Source: Octopus vulgaris
Taxonomy: Eukaryota
DNA length: 64,000 bases
Direction of reading: 5' to 3'
Assembly: GCA_951406725.2 (NCBI GenBank)
Contig: OX597829.1
Span: 10,292,001 to 10,356,000, forward strand
The position numbers and the translations under genes were made by a program. Below the pieces are notes generated by a model, which did not search any database, was not told the DNA's origin, and was given only the letters and a program-made list of their open reading frames with translations. Below are positions 1-13,212 of the stretch, piece by piece; within the stretch, counting starts at the first letter, position 1, and the number at the start of each line of letters is the position of its first letter.

Positions 1-2160
1 AATTGCCTTTGCACAGTTTCTAACACTGGAGATGTACTATAGTGTCAGCTGTTCACTACCAGTGAACTAAGGTAACACCTCTTATTTTTTGTGCACCTTC
101 CGGAATATTTGAGGGATTCCAAGCAGTGGTCTTTCTGCAAGTGCTCCACCCTTATTGCAGCCCCAATTTCTTCCACGTACTTCTCGAGATTTTTGCTCAC
201 TGTTCCCAGGGCACCGACAGTTATTGGTACTACCGCTACCTTTTTCATCGACCTCAACTGCTTAACTTCCCAAGCTAACCTGTAACATATCTCGACTTTT
301 CTTTCTACCTTATCGCATACCTCTTTGTCAGCTGGGCATGCTATGTCTATGATCCAGCATAGCTTGTTTTCTTTCCTAATTAAGACTATGGCCGGCTTCC
401 TATTCTAAATATCATGGTCGCTCTGAATCATAAAATCCTATCGGATCTTTATATTTCTATTTTCGACGATGCCTTCAGGTTTCTGGTCGTACCAATTTTT
501 TGCTCTGTCAAATCCATACTTGTTGCAAAGTGTCCAACGGACAAGCCTGGCTACATTGTCGTGGCGTCTCTTATAATCCTTCTGGGCTAATGGCGTACAT
601 TGGCTGGTAATATGCCATACGGTTTCACCGTTTTGTCCACAGATTCTGCACTTATAACTTTCTGATGTGTTGTCTATTCTGTATTTTATATAGTTTGTTC
701 TTAGTGCTTGCTTGTAAGCAGCACAGATTAGAGCTTCCATTTCCGGTTTTAAATCCCTTTTAGTCATCCACAGCCATCTTTTTTCTCTGTCTGTCTTATC
801 TTCAACATCCCTATGAAATTATCCATGCATTCTTTTCTTTACCCATATATTTTCAGTTTTATTCATTTTCAATTTCTTGTATATTGCTTTATCTTTGCAA
901 TCTTTCATCCTATACAAGCCTAAGCTTTTACTTCTAATAACAGCGGTTCTGTGGCATTTTTTACATACCATGCTATGCTGTTTTCTTCTGCTCTAATGCT
1001 GTACTCGCATCCAATAAGTCCTCTTGCTCCTTCTTTTTCTTGGTACATACAGTCTGCCTGTGTCACTTTTTGGGTGGAGTCACCCATATCTTTGTCTTTC
1101 TGTCTATGCTGTTTAATTCGCCTATAGTCCATGCGATTACTCCTGCTCCATATCTAAAGAGTGAAACCGCCCAGGTGTTGATAGCTTTAATCTTATTCTG
1201 TTCCTTTAATTTCGACTTTTGGATAAGTCTCAGTCTGTGCAAGTGCTCCACCTTAAGTTTCTCTCTCGTTTCTTTCTCCATCAATTTATTCATTTCCAAA
1301 ATCCTCAAGTATTTATAGCCTGTCTCTTCTATCTGCATCATAACCTCTCCCGATGATATCGTTAGCTCGTCCATACATTTTGATTTTGCCTCTCTTCAAG
1401 ACCAGCACTCCACACTTTCTCAGTCCGAACTCGATTCTGTTATCAGCACTGAAAGTATACACCGTATCAACGAAGGAACTGACTTGGGCTTCATCTTTAC
1501 CATAAAATTTGAGGTCATCCATGAATACCAAATGGTTGATTTTTTGTTGGCGACGTTTGAACACATATTCAGCTTTCGATTTCCTCAGAATCAGAGTTAG
1601 TGGTATCAAGTAAAGTACAAATATCAGTGGTGACAGGCAGTTCCCTTGGAAGATGCCCCTCCTAATTTCTACTCTCCCTAAACTTCTGTATGCTTCTTCC
1701 GTCCTCCAATTCGCCATACTTTTTCCATGCAATCGCTCAACATTCGATTCAATACCAAATAGCTTCATACACTCCATAATCCAAGAATGTGGGATCATAT
1801 CGTACGCCTTACGATAGTCGATCCATGACGTGGCTAAGTTACATTTCCTCCTCTTGCAGTCTTTAAATGCAGGGTTGTCTATCAGGAGTTGATCCTTGGT
1901 ACCTCTGTACTTAGGCATGTAAACCTTCTGCTTATGTGGTAGGAATCCATTTTTTCCTAAATGTTCGTACATTGACTCTGCGAGTATTCCAGTCAATAAT
2001 TTCCACATAAGTGGCAAACAGGATATCGGCCTGTAATTGTCTACTGTATTGCTTTTTCGATGTTTTTCAAGCACAGCACTGTCTTACCCAATGTCAACCA
2101 CACTGGTGTTGCTTGGTCTGCATTTAACAAGGTGTTGAGTTGCGCAGCTATTCGGGCATG
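1..2160 (-). mobile_element. Decayed R4/Dong-type non-LTR retrotransposon (RT plus C-terminal zinc knuckle and restriction-like endonuclease)
   Basis: ORF 1313-2074 has RT motifs [29 protein letters not shown] and [12 protein letters not shown] 438-767 has CRIC..HITSQC and RHD. ORF 45-257 has VVPITVGALG. Multiple frameshifts. Confidence 0.85.
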
Positions 2161-2399
2161 ACATTCACCAAATCTTTTGACCCAGTAGATTTGAACTCAA
2201 TTGGTCCCGGGGCCTTGCTTGGAAGGGGAATGGGTCGACGATGGTACTGGACTTTAGCTCGTACATGGGCGGCTTGCCATGAATCTCAGTAGCTGACGCT
2301 AGGTTATGTGAAAGGTCGATAACAGTCGCTGAAATTCGGGAGGCTAAGAGCGATTGCACTCGATTTGGATGGTCTGCCCGACGAACTCTATGTATTCAT

Positions 2400-4300
2400 G
2401 CGACTAGCAGCAGAATGGGAGAATTCTTAGTGCGGTTAGCAGAGATGTGATGACACTGCTGAGGAAGGACGCCGACAAAGGGGACGTACTAAATAATCTT
2501 TTGTCCATAACTCTGCTAAATACCGAGTTTAAGATTTTGTCCAAGATGTTAGCGAAAAGGTTGGCGCATGTCGTCGGTAGTGTGGTCGGAGAAGCACAAA
2601 CGTGCGCAGTCCCGAGCAGGTTTGTCTACAACAACTTCCACCCTATGTGATACATCATAGAGAGGGCTGGGACCACAATTGGCTTCGAGGACGCTCTGAT
2701 CCATTTGGATCAATCATAAAGCATTTGATAGAGTAGACCATCACTACTTTCAGAGACTGGACCGCTGCATTGCACAGCGGCACCTGTTCAGTGGTCAAAA
2801 TAAAGGCCACTTATCGGAGCCATTTGGTATCACACGCTCGGTCCATCAGGGCTGCCCGCGGTTGCCTCTTCTATACGTATTGGCACTCGAACCACTGTGG
2901 AGGACCCTGGAACAGTTAAGGGGCATCCCTTTCGAACTGGGACAAAGAAGGGCAGTGTCCCCATACGTGGACGATGTCACCGTCATGGTATCGGACTCCT
3001 CCGAAGCAGAGACGGTCGGCACCATCCTAAAGGAATATGAGTCAGCTGCAGGGGTTAAAATCAACGCTGACGAATCGGTTAGTTTGCTGTTGGACTCCTG
3101 GGGAGGCAGTACGATGCCATCGTACGGCTTCAGCGGACGCTGGACCGACGGACGAGTTAAAGTGCTCGGGGTCTGGTTTGGTTCCGACCTTCAAGTTGAT
3201 AAGAACTAGGACGAGGTGGCGAACAGCGTTGCCAGTCTTACGTAGAAATGGGCTGAGAGGAAGCTGTCCCTGAAAAGTCGGGCAGTGGTGGCGAATGATT
3301 ACATCGCCTCCATTATCATTTATCGCCTGACCGTTGTGCATTATCCCGGTAACTGCTTGACCATGTTGGAACGTCTCTTATTTAAATTCTTGTGGAAGGG
3401 ACTCGTTCAAATGGTCAGGCGATCAATCCATTGCTAGCATCCTCTGAGTGGCGGATTAGGTATGCTGTGGCTCCCAATGCAAAGACACACGCTTAGGTTA
3501 CACCACCTGCAGCGATTTCTGGACGGTAGGCGTGTGTGGGCTCCGTTTGTGAAGCTCGTCTTTCCGCAGCTCGTCTCCTTGACGGAACTGCGGTCCTGGG
3601 TGAAGAAAAGACCGTCTGGAACCTAGAATGTCGTTAGGTGGTCACCGCCCTCTTTCAGTCGGGCAATGGGATCGGTCGATGTACCGATTTACACATTTAT
3701 AGGAGATTAGTAGTGGGGGAAGTGCGACGACGTTCTCGGGGAGACTCTGGACGCCGCCGAGAACGAACTGATAAATCTGTTCCGGAGGACTTCCAGTCGG
3801 GAACTATTATGGATAATTTCCAGATGCCCTTGGCCTGGCAGTGCTAACGGGGAGCGCTACTGGTTCGAGATAACCTCTACATGTTCGGAGGTGCTGTCAG
3901 ACGGACTTGTCTGAGGTGGCGCAGAGCGACGAAACCATTCTTCACGCACTCGTTCAGTGTCCGGGCATTGTTGTCTTCTGGGATTATGTTGAACAGCTAC
4001 GGCCACATGTGGGGCGGATCCGTCTGTCGGTCTGTAGTAATGATTGCGGCGCCGCCCTCCTTCAATCGGGCAGGCAGGGCAGTTTTCCTTTACTTGGTGG
4101 CTATGGCGAAAGAGGTTGTTTGGTGGACGAGGCTGAAAAGCATGAGGACAGACATATTCCAGACATATTGACTTTTTCAAGTTTCCCTCGAAAAAGAAAT
4201 TGCGAATGGAGAGAGAAATGCTGTCGTGGAATGAGTTTATTGAAAAGTGGGAGAAAGGTGCGAAAATGGCAACAGTTAATGGTAGGCCTGAGAGTCGGAG
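2400..4300 (+). mobile_element. Decayed Tx1/L1-clade LINE ORF2 (RT plus C-terminal zinc finger)
   Basis: Fragments ITLLNTEFKILSKMLAKRL..QTCAVPSR, KAFDRVDH (~2719), LLYVLALEPL..YVDDVTV and ETILHALVQCP. Stops and frameshifts. Confidence 0.85.
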
Positions 4301-4511
4301 ACAAGGAATTGAAGAGGGCACTTGGTCTTGGTGTTTCAGAGAAATCTCAGACAGTGGGGTTCCTCGATCATTCCTAGAGGCGTTCCTGTATCAGGAGGGA
4401 CACATCTCTATCATCATCCTCGATGCATATGTCCCTAAGCAGCAGCGGCACTTTGTTACCCTAAGTTCGCTATTATAACCAGACACTTCCGCTTAAGAGA
4501 AGCGGAGGGCG

Positions 4512-4885
4512 CGTGTGTGTATGTGTATGTGTGTGTTTGTGTTTGTGTGTGCGTGTGCGTGTCTATTTGTGTGTGCGCGTGTGTGTATGTGTATGTGTGT
4601 GTTTGTGTTTGTGTGTGCGTGTGCGTGTCTATTTGTGTGCGCGTGTGTGTATGTGTGTGTGTTGGTGTTTGTGTGTGCGTGTACGTGCGTTACTTTCTGT
4701 GTTAGTGATCGTGAGTGATTGCGTCAGTGCGTGTATATGATAGTGTGAATGTGTTTGTGTGTGAGTGTGTGAGTGTGTATGTGCTCGTGTCCGTGTTAGT
4801 GAGCGGCGTACGTGTGCGCATCTGTTTGCGCATATGTTGATAAGTGTGAGCATGCGTATGCGTACCAATGTACGTGCATATGCAT
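4512..4885. repeat. Compound (GT)n-type microsatellite with an internal ~68-bp duplication
   Basis: Direct reading; the block gtgtatgtgtatgtgtgtgtttgtgtttg...gtctatttgtgtg occurs twice. Confidence 0.9.
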
Positions 4886-5182
4886 TCAGATTTGACTGCT
4901 TTGCTTAACTACAAATCCGCCTTCATTGTATAGAGAGTTATGATTAAAATACGCTCCGTCAGTGCCCAACTCTTTCCCTAGACGTATCAGCCCCAGCACC
5001 ACATCATCTAACGTGGGCTTTTCTAAGACGGTGCAATGAGATTTGATGAGGTTTTCATTGCTATTTCTAGAACATCGAACGCCCACTTAGAGGTCCTCTC
5101 ATTAATATGTTTGTGCGCGTATCTACGTCAGTGTATACACTCATGTTGAATTTATATACTAATATAGTTTTCTATCCGCTTT

Positions 5183-5391
5183 TATTCTCTTTCAGTGATT
5201 TGACTGTGGCCATACTGGAACACCGCCTCAAAGGGATTTAGTTGAAGAAATCGACTCAAGGACTTATTCGTTTTAAGACTAGTACGTATCCTATCGATCT
5301 GTTTTGCCAAATCGCTAACGTACGGGGCTGCAAACACACCAACACTGGTTGTCAAGCGATGGTGAGGGGAGACAAACATAGGTACAAAGAC

Positions 5392-5435
<44 letters not shown>

Positions 5436-5935
5436 TAATATCAGGGTAGAAAAAATTTAGAGATTTTTACTACCTGTGGCCTAGTGTGCAGAAAAATTAG
5501 TCAATAGACTATATATTATTCATATAAATACAGTGTACATTTAAACACATAAGAGGTATCCACCATAGGATTCCTTGCATTCTAGAACGAATAGCCAAAA
5601 TCCAAACCTCTATTAGGTATAAACTTCGAAGGGAATGAAAAATAGTAAATGTTATTAGTTTTCCTTCCTTTCGAACTTTATCCCTAATGGTGGTTTGGAT
5701 TTTAGCTGTTCCTTCTAGCGTGCCAGGAATCCTATGATGGATACCTCTTATGTGTCTAAATGTACACTGTATATATATATATATACGACGGGCTTCTTCC
5801 GTTTCCGTCTACCAAATCCTCTCTCAGGGCTTTGTTGGTCGGCTTAAGGCGCTAGTAGAAGATACCCAAGGTGTCTCGTAGTTCGACTGAACACGGAACT
5901 ATGTGGTTGGGAAAAAAAGCTCCTTACCACACACA
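5183..5935 (-). mobile_element. tRNA-derived SINE (family A) split by an insertion in its internal (TA)n
   Basis: 5785-5935 matches the head and 5183-5400 the tail of the copy at 17534-17937, on the reverse strand. Confidence 0.75.
5430..5771. mobile_element. (TA)n-flanked non-coding element with a 120-bp-arm hairpin
   Basis: Arms 5529-5648 and 5652-5771 are reverse complements (104/120 identical, no indels, 3-nt loop). Preceded by a ~100-bp leader containing GTGGCCTAG. Confidence 0.8.
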
Positions 5936-8060
5936 CACAAACTTAGAGTGTATACGAAAAGTATAATGCGTGTGTTTATAAGTAGGTATGATTATTCAGG
6001 GAAAATAAATGAAATTGATACTGTAGACAAAAGGGTTTAAATTTTCTTAACTAACGTAACATCGATGACTTTGGAGTTATGTAGGAGTTGATTCAGGTGC
6101 GCTTTCAACGATGAGTGCTCGGTCGTTCGATCCGCTAAGATCCTACCTGTGACATTAGTACGTAAATGACTGAATATTTCACACCTGTGTGGAATAACGT
6201 GATTCGAGTGTATAATCATGACACGTTGTGACAAAGCTGCATGTTGGAATTAAAGATACAGTCCAGTGAGAGGGAAAGAAGAGGACAAAGGGAGAGAAGG
6301 GGAGATGAGAGTGAGGAGAGAAGAAGAGTGGTAGAGAGGAGAGAAGAGAGAGGCAAGGTGGGGTGAGGAAGAAGGAGAGAAGAGAAGGGAAAGAGAGAAG
6401 AGAGAGGGAGGATGAGAGGAAGAGGAAGATGGGAGAGGGAGAAGGAAGGAAGTGAAGGAAAAGAGATAGGAGAGAGGAGAGTGAGAGAGGCGGAGAGAGA
6501 TGAGGCAAGATTACAAATCTAAGATTCCGAATGGTCCCTACATGTTATCTCCCTAGTTATTTATCGACGATGCTGAATGGATTAGAAGCAAAACAGGGTT
6601 TGAAAACAGAGCCGAAACTAAGAGCAAAAGGCATTCTATTCGACACGCAAACAGTTATGTCGATTCTATGTCTACTTGATGACAATAAAAGGACGCAGGC
6701 GTATAGCGAGAATGTTTGCTTCGCAAACCACGTAGATCTGGATTCAATCTCACTGCGTAGCAGGTTTTACTATAGCTTGGGCCATACCAAAGTCTTGGTT
6801 ATAAAACAGAAATAAGTGTAGAAGATGATCGAGGCCTTGAGTAGCAGGCATCATCTATTGTAATGTTTAACGCCACAATCCAGTTCGTTGGTGCCTTTAG
6901 AAGAATCCACTCTGTTTAATACCACCAGGTGGTTCTCTGGTTCGTTAGTATCATTCTACTACAAATCTTACAACTACTTCTCCAGTTTGAGAACAACTTT
7001 CTCCCTCTTCCTCCCGCCTTCTTCCCGCCATTTACAAGGATCCTAAATGGAGCATGGATGCTCCTTTTTTTTTATCCCTGACTAAACCGTAGGAAAAGTG
7101 ATTTGATTGCAGGTTGTTTTTAAAAGCGTGTGTGCATTTAATCAAAATCGTCTTTTGACGATCCTAATCCATATGGAACTTCTGAATTGCTACACCAAGA
7201 TTATAAACTTAATATTCTGAACTGAAAAAACTTAACATCACCAAGATAGTAGTTTAAGATAATTACCTACCGTATAGCATGTGCAGTTTTATCACAGTGG
7301 AAACAACTTATTTGCACAGTTAACTTCTTAGCCACGCCACCACATCAACGTAAACTGCTATATTGTCTTCATAAAATTGTATTGCTCTGTATGAGTTATC
7401 CATATCAGCTGTAAATGAAGACAGGCGTTATTTCCAAGAAACAATTTGCAATGGGAAAATGAATGATAATGCACAAGTCTGCCTTCTTTGTTAAACAGTT
7501 GTTTTTATCTTCTATATATTAAATTATTTAGGTTTAGATGCTAGCGATAGCTTTGAATTTAACTTTCACATGAACAGCATCTTCATTTGTCTTTTACCTT
7601 CTCAACACTTATTAAAATAAATCAATGACTAAATACCATGAATAAGTTACTTACTGTTGCACTCTAATCAGTTACATACACACTTTTTTTTTTACCTTTT
7701 CAATCTCTCACTCTTCTTCAACAGTTGCTGTTGCATCTGCTCCTCAGTGTTGGCCCCTTTGTGCGATATACACTCAAGGCAAACCGGGTTAACTGTCTCT
7801 TTTCTTTTTCTCACCCTTGATATGCCACCACCCTCAAGCACGAATCAAACACAACTATCTAATCTTTCCTCTCAAGAATGTCATTTTGAGGGAATATCTT
7901 CCCTGACCATGTTGTAGCTGCAACCGTCAACTTCCTACTATTGGTAAGCCTCTTAATTAGCAACAACACTGATATCTCTGTCTTGAAGTGACTGACAACA
8001 GTATGGCACCAGAATATTACCGGTATTTAGACCCTCACACACATTCACACTCACACACAC

Positions 8061-8092
<32 letters not shown>

Positions 8093-8177
8093 GCACGCAT
8101 GCACACAGGCAACTAATTACTAAATGACGCTCGTCACAGCCGCTTGTCAAAATGCGAAACATAAACCTAAATTTTAT

Positions 8178-8560
8178 TAGTGATCCGCAGTAATCGATAT
8201 CTAACAGCTAATGAACCGCTGTAACAGAATCAGTGAACCACGGAACTATTCTATATTGATACACAGAACTGCAGTAGTCGATATACATTAACCAATGATC
8301 CAATCTAATCGATATACAATAACCACTGGTCCACTCAATCAATATACAATAACCACTGAACTGCTGTAATCAATATACAATTGAGCCAATGTAATCGATA
8401 TGCAATAACCAGTAAACCACAGTAATCAATATACTGTAACTACTGATCCACAGTAATCGATGTACAGTCTTCACCGATCCATTGTAATCGATACACAAAT
8501 AAATCGTCAATAGCTGTAATCAATATACAGCAACCTGTAAACAACTCGTATCAATGTACG
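8178..8560. repeat. Diverged ~31-bp minisatellite with conserved TAATC(G/A)ATA core
   Basis: About 11 copies of the core; consensus approximately gatccacagtaatcgatatacaataaccact. Confidence 0.8.
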
Positions 8561-9545
8561 GTAAGAACTGAATTACTGCATGCCTTATTAGTACACTAAT
8601 TATTTTCATTAAAGAAGAAAACTATACGAATTTTATGAAAACATAAAAGTATATAAAAAAGGTTAATAATTATATCACTAATGATTCGCTCTTGGTGATC
8701 TTTTTTTTAACCAAGTCGGTTACACTTGGCAACTGAAAAATGATCCTTTGACACTCTGATAGTGTAGTTTCAAACAATTGATACACTTAAGTATCCTCTG
8801 TCTGGTGGCTCATCATCTACAGTTTATTTCTCTTTAGAAATGTACAAAGGTATCTAAGACAATTTTCGCTAAGTTTATGATTAGAAAGCCGAAGATTTAG
8901 ATGGGAAATATTTCTTCCTTCTACTCACATTGAACAGTAAATATGATTGAACTATAAAACTATTTTTGACACATCTCAAAGTACAATAAACTTTATATTT
9001 TTAAGGTAAACAAATTAAGGAGTAAAATACAGAAGGAGGAATTATCTCCTCTAAAAATATCGTCCATTAATTGAAATAGTTTTAGTTGGAGAAACAAAAA
9101 CGATAATTGTTAAGAACTCCCGCCGCAAAGGGAGATAATTTGAAGAAATTGTGAATTCATTTCACAAAATGAATTTAAAGGCTCCGGGAAAAATCTATTA
9201 CATTCCTAATTTGTTTTTAAATTATTACCTTTGGAAAATTCTTTTATGTAAACTACCATCCTATTCTAACATTAAAAATAAAAACTCCTTAGTCTGCTTT
9301 AGTCAATTAAAGCTTTGTTATTGCTTGCCTTTGGTTTCAATAGAGTAAAGCAATATATATATAGCAATGGGCTTCTTTCAGCTTCTGTCTACCAATTCCG
9401 CTGACAAGTGTTTGGTCGGCCCGAGGCTATAGTAGAAGAAAAGTTTTTTAAAATAATATTTGCGCAGTATTCAAATACAAGTGGCATTTTCCTTGTTTCT
9501 GTCTATCTCTGTCTCTCTTGTTTACTCTTGTGGGTTCGAGGTCGT

Positions 9546-9576
<31 letters not shown>

Positions 9577-11666
9577 ATGAAACTGAAGGTAATCGGTTAT
9601 ATATGTTTACACTATATATATGTTATAAGTAATAATAATCAGTCAATATTTCGGCGGCGAAATTGTAGTAATGATAATGAAGTACAATTCAATAGGCTTG
9701 CACCTAGACTATCTAGTTATATATAGCATCATGAAGATATATCATCTAGTTATATATGCATATTTTACAGTTGACATTAAACAGCTGAACATCATTAGCC
9801 TGAAGAGCTCATTTCAAATACTTTCAACTGATCGAAGTCCCAGCGTTGAAACTGAATCTTTGGTATCGCGGATGTTGGCACACCTTTGATGCAAGTCTGA
9901 TAAAGTGCTTCTCTAACGTCTAAAACCGCAAACATTTCATAAATTTTCATTTCGAATCTTTGCGTAAACAGGTGTTGGAAATAGAATCGGTACAGAAGCA
10001 ATTGTAATGAATCATTAAAGATGTGTTACAGTATTTTCCTTGATTTCTTCTTTTTATTTGGTGGGGGTGGGGTGGTGCTGAAACGTTCCTGGCTTTGTGT
10101 AAAAGAAACTAGAGGAAGATCAGTTAATTATCATTTAATTCAACTTATTTCTCACTCAGATTCACACATTGCAGTGATCCTTCAGTTTTTCTAAGCCTTG
10201 TGAAAGAAGTAGGAAGATTGGGCCTCCAACGAGTCTTTTCACGATACTCTTAAAGCCAGAAGCTTTACAGCACCTACCCGTATATATGTGATGGCTAACA
10301 ACTCGTTTGATGAGTAAGACTATGGCTGACTAAATAAAGTGCGTCACAGAATTACATTTTATGAGAAAGACGATGGCTTTTAAATCTTACAAGCGATTCA
10401 CAGAACTTGTTACAAATTCGACATTCATACAAATTCTTCTGACTTCTTGGTTATTCCGGATCATTCTGATGATTTCTCTGTGCATTTTCTATGCACCCTC
10501 ACATGTATATATTCAAAGTAGAAAGCCAGGAGTTGTGAGAGGCGAAAAGAAATAACCACATGACTCATATGATTACAGCCGTTTCGCAACCCGCTTCAAA
10601 TATTCTCCCAGTCTGTAGAAATGCCTAGTCTGTAAAAAGATTCACTGATTACTTCATTTCATGCCTGAAACTTAACCTAGAGATTCCAGAAAAAGAAAAC
10701 CATAAAATTATAATTACCAGACTTAAAAATTAAATCTTAGGGGTCGTTATGACCTGTGAAATCGTTGAAGGCGGTGCCCCAAAATATCTATAGTCCAATG
10801 ACTGATATAAATAAAAGCGTTATGCTGTGATAAAAGTTTTCCCTGGTTCAAAATTCTAACAGTAGGGGATGATGATGTAAACTATTAAGATCACAGAGAG
10901 AAGAAATACGATATGAGGCTTGAATTTCACACAGAACACTACTAGCTGATATGTTTCTAGTCTTTTAATTGAATGAGAGGAAACCATTTTAGGGCAAGTA
11001 AATGTTTTGAAAGATAACATGATATAATAGCCGTACGCACGCACGCACGCACACACACACTCATGCACATGCGCACGCACATAGACATACACACATACAT
11101 ACATAGATATATATATGAGCATACAAATATATAGTCGGTTACAAAAGTAGGTGTGTACTTTGCAGGAAAAGGGGATCTTCGTCGTTCAAGGATGAAGAAT
11201 TAGTTATACGGCATACTGAATTACCTTCTCCTAAACTTGAAAGTGGTTGACTATTCCTTAAACACGTGTAACTTAAGGTAATTCGTGAGGAGATTCAACG
11301 TGACACGGCGTGTGAGAAGTCTGTACTCTTTTTAATTACGTTCATATATACATACATTCAATCACACATGCGTTCATACAGGTACACGCTCACGCACACA
11401 CATATATGCATATATATATATATATATATAATTGATGCACTTGTCGTGAACGACAAACGACGGTTCAGTAAAATGAAGCGTTAATAGTGTTCTGTGAACA
11501 GAAATATGTCTCTTTCGGCAAATGGAACAAGTTGAGCATTCAGTTTGCTGAGTGCTTGCAGATCATTTCCTATGTGTTCTGTTAAGTAGATGGCAAGACC
11601 GAAACAAAAAATTATAGTTTATGCGTCTCGAATCAAACCGATAGAAATCTCTAAAAAATTCGTTAT

Positions 11667-11725
11667 TACCGTATTGGTCCAATTTCGGGGTTAATTCATA
11701 AGAAATTTCCCCATCTTCAGCGGCA
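11667..11725 (-). ncRNA. Minimal type I hammerhead ribozyme
   Basis: Minus strand reads UGCCG-CUGAAGA-U-GGGG..CCCC-GAAA-UUGGACCAAUA-CGGUA. The core is conserved, with one extra U before stem II. Confidence 0.7.
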
Positions 11726-12245
11726 AATACGCCAGATATAAATGAAATACTTACTCATACCCATGGAAAAAGCAAGCACTAAGCCCCAAATATATCCAAA
11801 ATAGAAAAATCTTCGGCGCACCTCGAGACACGTTTGATTCGAACTAGAAACTTTCACAGAGTGAGAGAATCCGGAAGTGAACACTAATCTATTTATAATT
11901 AATATAGGATAAAATTTTTTTCGGGAAAAAAATTTTATCAATGGCCAGCATATCAAAAAATGCGTTTAAAGGTAAAATTTATACATAATTTACAAGATAA
12001 GGGCAGAAGAAAAATTCTGATGCCAAATATGCCGAAAAAAAAAATCTTATCCTATATTAATTATAAATAGATTAGTGTTCACTTCCGGATTCTATCACCC
12101 TGTGAAAGTTTCTAGTTAGAATCACACGTGTCTCGAGGTGCGCCGAATATTTTTCCATTTTGGATATATTTGGGGTACTTAAATCTGCTCAGGGCTTGCT
12201 TTTTCCATGGGTATGAGTAAGTATTTCATTTATATCTCGCGTATG

Positions 12246-12304
12246 TGCCGCTGAAGAGGGGAAAATTTCTTATGAATTAACCCCGAAATTGGACCAATAC
12301 GGTA
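12246..12304 (+). ncRNA. Minimal type I hammerhead ribozyme
   Basis: Stem I UGCCG/CGGUA, CUGAAGA 12251-12257, stem II GGGG/CCCC, GAAA 12285-12288, palindromic stem III AUUGG-A-CCAAU. Cleavage triplet AUA, predicted cut after 12299. Confidence 0.85.
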
Positions 12305-12483
12305 ATAACGAATTTTTTAGAGATTTCTATCGGTTTGTTTCGAGACGCATAAATTATAATGGTCATCAACAATTCTGCCCTTATCTTGTAAATTATGTAT
12401 AAATTTTACCTTTAAAGGCATTTTTTGATATGCTGGCCATTGATAAAATGTTTTTCCCGAAAAAAATTTTATCCTGTATTAAT

Positions 12484-13212
12484 TATATATATATATATAA
12501 AACTCAACTTGTGTGTCTGTGTGTGTATCTGTCTGTGTGTCTGTGTGTTTAACTTTCCCAGCACATCTCCTCCTAGCTATTAAATGGTAGAACCACCAAA
12601 AATGGGTCACTTAAAGTTTAGACGAATGAAAATTGAACTGCGCTATTTCTGTTCCGAAATTCTTCTCGCAAGTGCAAAAATCGATAATGTGTTTGTTTAG
12701 GCCTTATCCCATGCATTGAATAATGAACTTTACTCAGTCAGCTGTTTGACGTGAACTGTGTTCACCACGCGTGCAAGAATGCGTAAATTGCATGAAAAAT
12801 ATTAAAAAAAAAAGATGTAAAAACGAATCGCCGTAAACATTGTAGAAATTCGGCAAAGAAAGGAATTTTCGGGATGTAGCCAGAAGGGTTTCTTCGTATT
12901 AATCGTTTGGACTTTGTGAACACATACCAATTGTTTTCATAACATTTTTAACACTTTGAATTAAATGTGACCATTTTGCGTTGAGTCTGCAGTTTGAATC
13001 AATTTAACCAAATTTTAGCAGGCCGGATTTTTGATCATCACGATACATCGCCAGCGACTCCCTGAAACTCTCCCATGAAATCCCCGTTGAGAAATCTATA
13101 TTTATAAAACTCAACTTGTGTGTCTGTGTGTGTATCTGTGTGTGTGTCTGTGTGTTTAACTTTTGGATCTACCAAGTTTCATTATTAAGGATGGAAAGTA
13201 GTGTGTAGCAAA
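12484..13212 (+). mobile_element. Helitron-like 5' segments (two extra 5' ends) stacked upstream of the Helitron at 13213
   Basis: The block tataaaactcaacttgtgtgtctgtgtgtgtatctgt...gtttaacttt occurs at ~12495 and at 13095, where it is preceded by A|TC. Confidence 0.55.

Larger units (their letters stand above)
11611..12485. mobile_element. Hammerhead-bearing retrozyme/Penelope pLTR-like element: two inverted, circularly permuted copies of a ~420-bp unit
   Basis: 11611-~11915 is the reverse complement of ~12045-12360, and ~11896-12008 is the reverse complement of 12373-12485. A direct terminal repeat ttatcct(a/g)tattaatta occurs at 12047 and 12469. The element ends in (TA)n. Confidence 0.8.

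Noticed and set aside
8178-8560. CRISPR-like periodicity
   Set aside because: The spacers are homologous to each other, the context is eukaryotic and there are no cas genes.
9795-9875. CTGAAGA...GAAAC hammerhead-like spacing
   Set aside because: Stem I cannot form and stem II is not adjacent to GAAA.
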